A stretch of 64,000 nucleotides of DNA from a virus (taxonomy: Duplodnaviria; Caudoviricetes). Location: IMG/VR virus record IMGVR_UViG_3300018495_000088, positions 32,001-96,000 of that record; one strand, written 5' to 3'. The notes under the pieces were generated by a model. That model saw nothing but the letters and a program-made list of their open reading frames with translations, had not been told where the DNA came from and did not search any database. Positions 48,701 to 56,700 of this stretch are shown here, in pieces (positions within the stretch are counted from its first letter, which is position 1; each line of letters begins with the position of its first letter). The position numbers and the translations under genes were made by a program.

Positions 48701-51288
48701 CTACATTGGGTGCTCGTCTTACTGAAACCGAAGCTGAAGTTCAAAGTGTTGCTGCTTGGTCAAAAGATGTTAATGGCAACCAATATAACTTGGCAACTAT
48801 CAAACAGACCGCAGACAGCGCAGGCGCAAGTATTGCCCAAGTCGTGACGGCAGTTGGTAAAGATGGCGAGGTTAATGCTTCGACTATTGTACAAGCAGTT
48901 AATGAAGATGGTTCGGGTGTGTTTATTAATGCCGATCATATCCAATTTGAGGGATTTGTAAGCTTTGCAAATAAATCTGAGACGGTATTTTCTACTCAGG
49001 TAGAATATGCATTGTCAAGTTCAAGCTCCGCATTTGTTGCACTTACAGAATGGTCTACTTCTGCTCCTACGTGGCGAGCTGATGCTTATATGTGGCAGAG
49101 AACCGTTATTACCAAGGGTGATGGGTCGGTGGTTACATCTAATCCGACTTGTATACAAGGAGCTAAGGGCGAGGACGGTACAGGAGTATCGATTAAAGGT
49201 GTTGCATATGTAAATGGCGTCGTTGGAGACTCTATGATTGGTGGCGTATATGCGATATATAAAGATAAAAATTTTACAAGTCAAATTACGGGTGCAGTCG
49301 ATGGAGATTCTTATCTGATTGACGGATATCTATTTGTATATAGTGGCAGTGGAGACGCCTTTGTTTGCTCTGGTAAAATTCAGGGTGACCAAGGAGAACC
49401 TGGAGCGGCTGTTACAGCAGTCGTTAATTATTATATGGCATCTTCTCGAAGTGCTGGTGTTGCCGCAGGAGATGGTGGCGAGATCGCTGATGAACAATGG
49501 ACTACGACCATACAGAATATGACCGCAAACAAACCTTATCTGTGGAATTATGAAATAAGTATATATACAGACACCACATCGCAGTCAACTAATCCTGTTA
49601 TCATAGGTAGATATGGCTCGGATGGTAGAGGTATTGCGGCAATACAAGAGTTTTATTGTATTAGTGCTAGCACTTCTTGTTCTACGCCTACGGATGCAAC
49701 ATTGAATGCGGCAGGTTCATTTGGTGGAATGGCCATCCCAGATATGTGGTATACCACTTCTCCTTCGACCACTCAAGCATATAGATATTTGTGGAATTGC
49801 GAGAGAATTATTTATACAGACGGAACATCCGAAACTTTCCCGCCTGCCAATATTGGTACACACGGCGAACAGGGCGATGCTGGAGTGCCTGTTAAGGAAA
49901 TACGAAAAGAGTATTATCTGTCAACCTCGAAAACTGCTTGTATTGGTGGCGTATGGGGTACGGAAATATATAATTTTGCAAATGCAAAAAATAAATATTT
50001 GTGGACACGCGATGTAATTGTTTATGCAGACAATACCGAGGAAGAGCAAACTCCTGTATACGATCCTACATATACATCAATTGCTCAGTGGTGTATTGAG
50101 GAAGGCAAAACCTTGATTGATGGCGCAAATATTGCGACGGGTACGATTGCTGCGGCACAAATTGCGGCAAATTCTATTACTGCAGATAAACTTGCAGTAG
50201 GGGCTCTTACGGCGGATAGTATTACAGTAAAATCATCGGGTGGTAACACCATATTCCATGCCAGTACAACAAGTCGTGAGGTTCAGGCAGGAGGCTTTTA
50301 TATAGATACAAATTCATTGTATTCTCATACTACATTTGCGAACTCTGGTCTTATTTTAAGCAGCACAGGAACAAACGGTGCTTTTAGTGTTAATGGCAGT
50401 ACATCTCAAAGCGGATGGAAAATTCTTGCTGGTACTCAGGGTGAAACCACTAAGAATTTTGGCATTGATAGCAGCGGATATTTATACGCATCGGGTGCGA
50501 ATGTTTCTGGTACCATCACAGCATCAGAGGGTGAAATAGGTGGATTTACTGTTGGAACCAATTCGCTGCGTACTGGAACTAGGAGCTACTTCTATAGCGC
50601 ACAACCTGATATGATGCCAGGCGTATATATCACCCCAGACTTATCTAAAGAGGCTTCTAGCGCAATATTTACATCTGCTAATAGTGGAGGAATTAGTTTC
50701 GGTACAAACAATGCATCGAGCGGACTTTATTCACAACAGTGTATTTATGCGGGTAGACATGTTATTAGAGGTAAGATTGGAGCTGCGAAATGGGCGGGCA
50801 CTACGTTGACCAGTAGTGGACTTTATTTCTTGTATAATACTTCGGGCGATATATCTCCGATATACGAAACAAATTATTGTATTGGCCAAATAGTGTGCAA
50901 CGATGGCAAGGTTACTCTTGAAGGTAGTGCTTGGTATGACAACTCAGGCCTTGCGATTAGTTCTGCTCGATTATTAAAAGATAATATAGCCTCTCTTGAT
51001 AATCGTCATTCGGTATTTTTCGACAACTTGATACCTAGGTCGTTTACTTATAAAGATGGCACAAGCAATCGCACTCACTATGGTCTTGTAGTTGATGAAC
51101 TTAAGTCTGCAATGGACGCCGCAGGAATCACGCCCGCAGAATGCGCTGCATATTGTCTTACAGACCCCGAAAATCCCGATGGAGACGGCGGCATCAGATA
51201 TTCCGAGCTAATAGCTCTGTGTATTAAAGAGATACAAACACTTAAACAAAAGGTAAAAGAATTAGAAAAGGAGAACGCAAATGAATAA
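45775..51288 (+). CDS. Large tail fibre/spike with peptidase G2-like N-terminal domain and C-terminal S74 intramolecular chaperone
   Basis: ADYYEW...GYFVSL...G.VEVRC...GDYV; internal duplications; C-terminal SSARLLKDNI...HYGLVVDEL...IRYSELIALCIKEIQTL. Confidence 0.85.
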   Translation: MMIDETQDIIVVNEPSYVEETTKVELPDPIVTKTEEAFPPLGIPNEQLKHTLLTELEVDDQHPIEAVTGLRTAIDEINSLKSIYSDGTGTADYYEWAGDPRDAVGYFVSLVPHSSMIKICNGKNIFGVTVDRAGFIGHEGFVEVEQRDGVTRKVRVGRDEQYALVATSGFVEVRCEVDVAEGDYVISNEFGKAQKARSEYGYKVIDLETKHDIKYAVIALGVQADITEDIGRDLMDLNERMSDAEKNITSLAAALEDNTDEIDELKEDVSQLQELDTQVKNAALTAAQAKAIAASAVASAETWRNEAVEEANKAFSEAVKVREEFEKETSDMKKGLETASLELQEAKEDLWREQGKMQNSLNDVDDYFRGMRHDLIPLYSWSGEEGESIAGFVSQADADRAVLGGIVEWKNGEGVNSLAGYVAEATGEYATVKELAEYKFKDETGKEYTATAALDAYAKANEAAINAIVGIDGSLAGLTSRVDKNTSSVTTLASHIIGDYVSIGAWDEKKAEVGNIYYGTVDDRIVYYYHNGTEWKSAASIASITSIDKSLVYYVPSNKLYYYYKDGTWQSTEKSYEAGLGGSIAGVQQTADENSAKIEMITSLEGEFGEAIAGLVTVSGEDRAELDALAQYGYIDENGEKHCGAAGIMAEVDKNKAAIEAIAGIDGDIAGFKAQVDKNSSYATMLAERVMGTCVTIPLTNDSLSKDTSTVYYDSSANLYWYYAGGKWNSTSNWGTIASAALSTSEVYYVVGSKLYWYYKDGTWKSNTSAYDAGLSATIGGIQVETDENSAKIDQLTSWQGDTNSSLTLIRQKSDANGASIQLLAANIDKHSVGERSQANGFTLEQAIDILEPGAVYVPTIDHTETYTKSDGSVVTYSFTKGNSYEWVDTGTWNESIGKVIFFATPPAGTAYEFWYKNSASSDGYEGYTLYKPDSSQNWVSVASLKGSASNRAVSQIRQDANSIALEVTNARGSAATLGARLTETEAEVQSVAAWSKDVNGNQYNLATIKQTADSAGASIAQVVTAVGKDGEVNASTIVQAVNEDGSGVFINADHIQFEGFVSFANKSETVFSTQVEYALSSSSSAFVALTEWSTSAPTWRADAYMWQRTVITKGDGSVVTSNPTCIQGAKGEDGTGVSIKGVAYVNGVVGDSMIGGVYAIYKDKNFTSQITGAVDGDSYLIDGYLFVYSGSGDAFVCSGKIQGDQGEPGAAVTAVVNYYMASSRSAGVAAGDGGEIADEQWTTTIQNMTANKPYLWNYEISIYTDTTSQSTNPVIIGRYGSDGRGIAAIQEFYCISASTSCSTPTDATLNAAGSFGGMAIPDMWYTTSPSTTQAYRYLWNCERIIYTDGTSETFPPANIGTHGEQGDAGVPVKEIRKEYYLSTSKTACIGGVWGTEIYNFANAKNKYLWTRDVIVYADNTEEEQTPVYDPTYTSIAQWCIEEGKTLIDGANIATGTIAAAQIAANSITADKLAVGALTADSITVKSSGGNTIFHASTTSREVQAGGFYIDTNSLYSHTTFANSGLILSSTGTNGAFSVNGSTSQSGWKILAGTQGETTKNFGIDSSGYLYASGANVSGTITASEGEIGGFTVGTNSLRTGTRSYFYSAQPDMMPGVYITPDLSKEASSAIFTSANSGGISFGTNNASSGLYSQQCIYAGRHVIRGKIGAAKWAGTTLTSSGLYFLYNTSGDISPIYETNYCIGQIVCNDGKVTLEGSAWYDNSGLAISSARLLKDNIASLDNRHSVFFDNLIPRSFTYKDGTSNRTHYGLVVDELKSAMDAAGITPAECAAYCLTDPENPDGDGGIRYSELIALCIKEIQTLKQKVKELEKENANE

Positions 51289-51526
51289 CGAACGTCCAAT
51301 GATTTTAGATATCGAAGATTTTAAGCAGCAGATAGTTGCGATAATCAATGAGGCAATGCAGGTGAAAAATATTCCCTGCTTTATACTTGAACCTATTGTG
51401 AATGAACTTGCTGCTCAGGTAAGTATGGGCGCAAAAGCTGAGCTTGAACGTGCGAGAAAGCAAGAAGCAAAGGAGAAAGCTAATGAATCTGATAGAATGT
51501 ATAATGACAAACAGTCTGTGGTATAA
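51281..51526 (+). CDS. Small helical hypothetical protein
   Basis: SD AAGGAG; overlaps the fibre stop. Confidence 0.7.
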   Translation: MNNERPMILDIEDFKQQIVAIINEAMQVKNIPCFILEPIVNELAAQVSMGAKAELERARKQEAKEKANESDRMYNDKQSVV

Positions 51527-52556
51527 ACGGACTGAACATAATAGTAAGCCCGTAGGAGTGCTTTGGCACGATACTGGTGCTGGAAATCCTAATGTTAAGC
51601 GCTATGTACAGCCTATGGAAACGGATGCGAATTATAACGAGATGATTAGAATTTTAGGTAAAAACAATAATGCTAATGACTGGAATCACGCCCAGGTAGA
51701 GAAGGGTGTCAATGCAATGATTGGTAAATTGGCAAATGGCTCGATTGGCACGGTCCAGACTGGTGACTGGGAGATGGCTCCTTGGGGTTGTTATTATAAC
51801 ACTAAGGGCTCTTGTAACGGATATATTAAGGTTGCGGGACAGACTGTATATCAAGGTAAACATTGGATTCAGATAGAAATCTGCGATGACGGTTACAAGG
51901 ATAAGAACTATTTTGAAAAAGTCTACAAGGAAGCTTGCGAGTTCACCGCTTATATATGCAAGATGTTTGATATCGACCCTTATGGTACTGTTGATTTCAA
52001 TGGTGTTAAGGTGCCGACAATTCTTTGCCATAATGATGCATATAAACTGAAACTTGGTAGCAATCACGGAGATGTTTATCTGTGGTTCAAGGCAATGGGA
52101 ATGGCACAGAATATGGACAAGGTAAGAGCTGACGTTGCGGCTCTTATGGGTATTGCAAAGGAGGAAAACAATATGAGTATGTTTAAGCTTGGCGACGAGG
52201 TTAAAATTAAGCCTGAGGTTACGACTTATTATAATGGGGTGACTATGCCCCAGTGGGTCAAGAAGGCTACACTTTATGTGCGTGGATTTAAGACTGAGGA
52301 TAGAGTTGTAATTTCGACGCTAAAGTCTGGTGCTGTTACTGGCACTGTGTATGAGAAGGATTTGGAGTTTGCGGACGGAAGAGTTCCCGAAGCGAAAGAA
52401 GAGCCTAAGGTTGAGACTCCCAAGGTCGAAGTTCCTAGGGTTGAAATCCCTAAAGTTGAGGTTCCTGTGACGGAGCCTAAGAATGAATCGAAGATGAGTT
52501 TCATTGAATTTTTACGTGAACTTTTATCTACCATTCTGAAGATATTTCAAAAGTAA
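51483..52556 (+). CDS. N-acetylmuramoyl-L-alanine amidase (Amidase_2) endolysin with SH3-like cell-wall-binding domain
   Basis: VLWHDTG, IQIEIC, ILCH...SNHGD Zn-amidase motifs; FKLGDEVKIK...P.WV SH3-like domain; ATG 51483 with SD AAGGAG. Confidence 0.85.
   Translation: MNLIECIMTNSLWYKRTEHNSKPVGVLWHDTGAGNPNVKRYVQPMETDANYNEMIRILGKNNNANDWNHAQVEKGVNAMIGKLANGSIGTVQTGDWEMAPWGCYYNTKGSCNGYIKVAGQTVYQGKHWIQIEICDDGYKDKNYFEKVYKEACEFTAYICKMFDIDPYGTVDFNGVKVPTILCHNDAYKLKLGSNHGDVYLWFKAMGMAQNMDKVRADVAALMGIAKEENNMSMFKLGDEVKIKPEVTTYYNGVTMPQWVKKATLYVRGFKTEDRVVISTLKSGAVTGTVYEKDLEFADGRVPEAKEEPKVETPKVEVPRVEIPKVEVPVTEPKNESKMSFIEFLRELLSTILKIFQK
52405..52470 (+). repeat. PKVEx pentapeptide (15-nt) tandem repeat in the endolysin linker
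   Basis: PKVET-PKVEV-PRVEI-PKVEV-P. Confidence 0.8.
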
Positions 52557-52560
52557 GGAT

Positions 52561-52590
52561 GGGCCTGGCAGTAGCTGGGCCCTATTTTTT
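52561..52590 (+). terminator. Rho-independent terminator
   Basis: GGGCCTGGC-AGTA-GCTGGGCCC followed by TATTTTTT. Confidence 0.75.
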
Positions 52591-52619
52591 AATTAATGAT
52601 TAAAAGGAGAAATACTATT

Positions 52620-53156
52620 ATGAAGATTTATGATTTTTGCGAAGAATTATCAAAGGGTGAAGTTATTATGTCTGAATTAATTGCCGTAAAAAAATATATA
52701 TCATCGGCAGAAAAAATCAGACTTGCAAAAAGAGTGTTAGATTCCAGCGTCGAGTATGATCGAGGTTTGATTAAATTCGATAGTTATAAGAAGCATATGA
52801 CATTTATTTTTGCTGTTATTGAAGCACACACTGATCTACGTTTTGCAGACGATTGGTCTGAAAGAATGCAGGAATATGATGTACTATGCGAAAATGAATT
52901 ATTTGATGCAATTATTGATACGTTTAGAAGAGATTATCAGGTCTCCTTGGAGATACTTGATATGATGTATAATGATATGCTTGCTGATAACTCTATTGAG
53001 GCAAGTATGGCAAAGCTGGCAACAAGTATGTCTGAGAATTTAGATGTGCTTGTAGGCGCTTTGGCTGACAAACTTGAAAATCTTGATATTGAGAAAATTA
53101 TTCCAAAAGATTTGGATTTAGATAAATTAATGGGGTTGTTAAATAACCTTAAATAA
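52620..53156 (+). CDS. Putative tail assembly chaperone
   Basis: SD AAAGGAG; acidic helical protein two genes before the TMP. Function inferred from position. Confidence 0.55.
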   Translation: MKIYDFCEELSKGEVIMSELIAVKKYISSAEKIRLAKRVLDSSVEYDRGLIKFDSYKKHMTFIFAVIEAHTDLRFADDWSERMQEYDVLCENELFDAIIDTFRRDYQVSLEILDMMYNDMLADNSIEASMAKLATSMSENLDVLVGALADKLENLDIEKIIPKDLDLDKLMGLLNNLK

Positions 53157-53176
53157 ATTATGGAGGAGTTGATGGT

Positions 53177-53755
53177 ATGGCTAAGTCTATAATTGAACGG
53201 GCGCTCAGCCAGGCTGAAAAAGAATTCTTTAAAAAGAATAGAGAAAAAGCAAAAGAGGCGTTAAAAAGAGCTGTACCTAAGGTAAAACAAGATTTGTATG
53301 ATCTTATAGAAAAAGAAGTAGTAGAGAAGTATTATGACGATTACACTCCATCGAAGTATAAGCGTACAAAAAATATTTTAAATGCGTTTTATGTGTTGGA
53401 TACAGCAGATGATGATGGCAATGTGGAATTTAAAATTGGATGGGATCATAGATATTTAGAAGGTCTGTATCATAGTGGATCTAAATATCATCAGTCTGGC
53501 GACGAGTGGATCGATTTTTACAGCAGGAGCGATGATGACGATAACGGTATCGTAGAAACTGGCTGGATATTTACTAATTTTATGGAAGGTATACACCCTG
53601 CATATTTCGTTGACAAGGAAACTGGGATGTTGATCAACAATTCTGTACAGGGATATCCCTCTTATTTATATTTAAGAGACGCGTTACAAAAATACTCTCG
53701 TCAAAATAAAGCAAGACAAATATTGATTAAAGAACTAAAGAAACTCTACGGATAA
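53177..53755 (+). CDS. Putative tail completion protein
   Basis: VVEKYYDDYTPSKYKRT motif; immediately before the TMP. Confidence 0.55.
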   Translation: MAKSIIERALSQAEKEFFKKNREKAKEALKRAVPKVKQDLYDLIEKEVVEKYYDDYTPSKYKRTKNILNAFYVLDTADDDGNVEFKIGWDHRYLEGLYHSGSKYHQSGDEWIDFYSRSDDDDNGIVETGWIFTNFMEGIHPAYFVDKETGMLINNSVQGYPSYLYLRDALQKYSRQNKARQILIKELKKLYG

Positions 53756-53768
53756 AGGAGGTGAAATT

Positions 53769-56700
53769 ATGGCAGGAAAATATGAAGACGCAATTGGTGG
53801 CGTAAATATAAACCTTAGCATCAATGAAGTTTTGGATGAAAAATCGCATAAAAAAGTCGCCGACAAGATAGACGAAACTAAAAAGAACGCCGAGAAGCCA
53901 ATAAAAATTAAGATTGATAGTGGCGAGATGGATGAACTGCTAAATCAGGAAAAAGAAATAGTTAAAACAATTAAACAGCTTGGTCGTCTTAAAGTTGATG
54001 CAAAAGGCATTTCTGGGCTGCTTAATGGTGGTATGTCCAAGGCAGATATTCAAAAAACCATAGATGCTTTAAATAGTTTGTATGAAGTACAAAATAAAAT
54101 CAGACAAGTTAGCGGTAACACTAAAAGAACTGGTTCAGATTTCCTAAGCGGGTTTAGCGCCAACGATATTAAAACAGATTTGCTTCCAAAATTACAGGAG
54201 CAATTAAGCGAGCTAAATAAGTTGGGCTTGGACAATATCGAACAGCTTAGAGAAAGAGAGCGTTTGCAGGGCCGATTATCAAAAATAACAAAAAAAGATT
54301 TAGAGCGTGCAAAAGCCAGAGTTGTCGATGGCGGAGATGCAGACTTAGAGGCGAAAGCTATTGAAAATATAGTTATTGGTCGCCGAAAAGTCGTTGAAGA
54401 GATGAAAACTAGTGGGTTGTTTAGTGAACAGGAAATTAAAGACATTGAACGACAAAACAAAGGGCTGGCCGAACAAATTGCGCTGTTGCGCTCAATTAGA
54501 GTTGCCAAGGTTAAAGATGGCGAAAAGATTGTAGTACAAAAAGACGGTGATAAGACTGTCTCACTCGAAGAGGGAGAGCTTCCTCCTGCTAGAAAGCCTC
54601 GGGCCCAAAAGCCAAAGACAGAAACACCTCCGCCTATTGTAACAGAAAATAGCGCACTACAACAACTCAAAAGAGATGCAGAAACCGCATCTAAAGCATT
54701 TGGCGAGGCAGAAAATAAGCTGCATGATATATATGAAGCTGAAAGAAAATTAGATGAACAAATTGAACTCGCTGGGCTTGTTGATTATAGCGAAAAATAT
54801 AAAACAGCTATTAACGCAAGAGAACAGGCTCTTTCTGGCTTGCGAGGTGGCATTTCCAAGAAGAGAGACCATGTTGCAAAAGAAATACAAGTTCGAGGCG
54901 CTGTTGGTAAGCTAAAAGACAGTGGTGCGTTATCAGATGAAGCTCTTGCTTCGATACAGAGAGATGTTCTAGAATATAATTTAGCCGTTCGCGGAAAATA
55001 TGAAAAAACTACTAAAGAACAGCTGGATAAAATGTTTGCTAAGATTTTTGATAAAATCGATAAAAGCACGTTAAAACAGACGTCGGAATATCGGAATCTT
55101 GGCTGGCAGCAAGAAGAACAGGATATTAATGGTCTTTTAGCAAAAAAGAGACAACTGGCTGTCGAGCACAAGGCAGCGGCTAAAGCTTATAATGATGCCG
55201 CAGATGCAAGCTCGGAGGCTCATAAGAAACTTCATGCAGCCGAAGACGGTGATGACTCGGCAGTTAGAGCCGCCGAAGAAAAAGCAAGACTTGAGGCGGA
55301 AGCTGCGGCTGCAGAAAAGGCAAGACTTGAAGAAGAGGCAAGGTTGCGGGAAGAGACGCATCGTGCAGAGGAGGCTCGTAGAGCCGAAGAAGAGAGGTTT
55401 GCAAGGGAACGCGAAGAAGCCGAAAGACGCGCTCTTGAATTGGCGCAACAGAGGGCCGAAGAAGAAGCAAGAATTGCGGCCGAGAAAGAGAAACAATCCC
55501 CACAAAGTTCCGCAGGCACTCAACAGGAGATTAAATCTCAGGAAGAGCTGCAAAAGAAAATAGAGGATACTAATCGCATTATTAAAATTCAAAAGCAATG
55601 GCTCGAATATTTAGATCCTGTTCTTGACGACGAAAATTTCAAAACATCTGGTAAGAGAGAGGCAACAGAGCAATTAAAAAGCAAAACTCTCAACTTGTTG
55701 GATGTTCGCAGGAATCCAGACCAGTATGCGCATCTTTCGGATTATGAGATAAAAGCAGAACTTGCTCAGTCTCAAGCGTACAAAGAGGCCGAGCGTCAAG
55801 GCGTTGCATTAAGCACATTAACCAGATATCATACAGATGCGGTTTTTGTTCATGATCAGAATATTAAAAAACTGCAAGATGAAAGAGCTTTGCACGCTAA
55901 AATTTTAGAAGATGCCGAGAATGAACTTGAAGTTCTGCAGAAGCAGCTACAAGTAGAAACAAATGCGGAAAAGGTTCGTAAACATAATTTCAAGCGCACA
56001 GTAAACGAAAAGCCAGGAAGATTCAGAATAAAAAAGCAAGAATCGCAAGCATATGAAACCGAATCTGGGCAGCTGTCTTTGTTCCCCGACGCTAAAGAAG
56101 ATATAGAAACAGCAGATAATCTTGCTGAGGCTAATGAAAAGGTTGCAAAGTCAAGAAAAAAAGTAAATGATGCCGTAGAAGGCACGCAGATGACAATTGA
56201 CGATATTGTACCTGCGAGTGCGGAAGATGCTGCGCCCAAAGTGGAGGCCGAAGCAAAAGCAATTGATAAGGTTGGTAAGACCGCTGAAAAGGCTGCGGGC
56301 AGCAAGAAGAAGTTCGCCAAAGCGAATAGCGAAGTGGCTGCGAGCACTACTCCTTCAATCGAAGGCTTGAAGGCCGAAGCAGACGCGATTGAAGATGTTG
56401 ACGAGGCTGTAAATAGTTTTAAAACAAGATCTGGAATTGGGCCAATGTCAGGGTTCGGCAGTGAGTCCATGGATAACTTCAATCTACCCAAGGATTATTT
56501 GGGAGAAAAAGGCCAAGATGCCGTTCAAATGTTTGCAAAACTAAAGAGCGAGATTGAAGAGCTTACGGGAAAGCCTGTAACTATTGATTTTGTATCTGAT
56601 GTTAACGATGAGGGTCAGCTTGAGGCCGTAGGCGCAACTCTTAAGTATGTAAACGAAGAGGCGGGTGTTACCGTCAAACAGTTTTATGACATTCAACGCA

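Noticed and set aside
19079-51288. Complete diversity-generating retroelement or invertible tail-fibre shufflon
   Set aside because: No reverse transcriptase, template repeat, recombinase or inverted gene cassettes seen; all genes are co-directional.
52620-53768. Classical -1 frameshift of tail assembly chaperones
   Set aside because: The two ORFs do not overlap, each has its own SD, and no convincing slippery heptamer sits at the end of the first.
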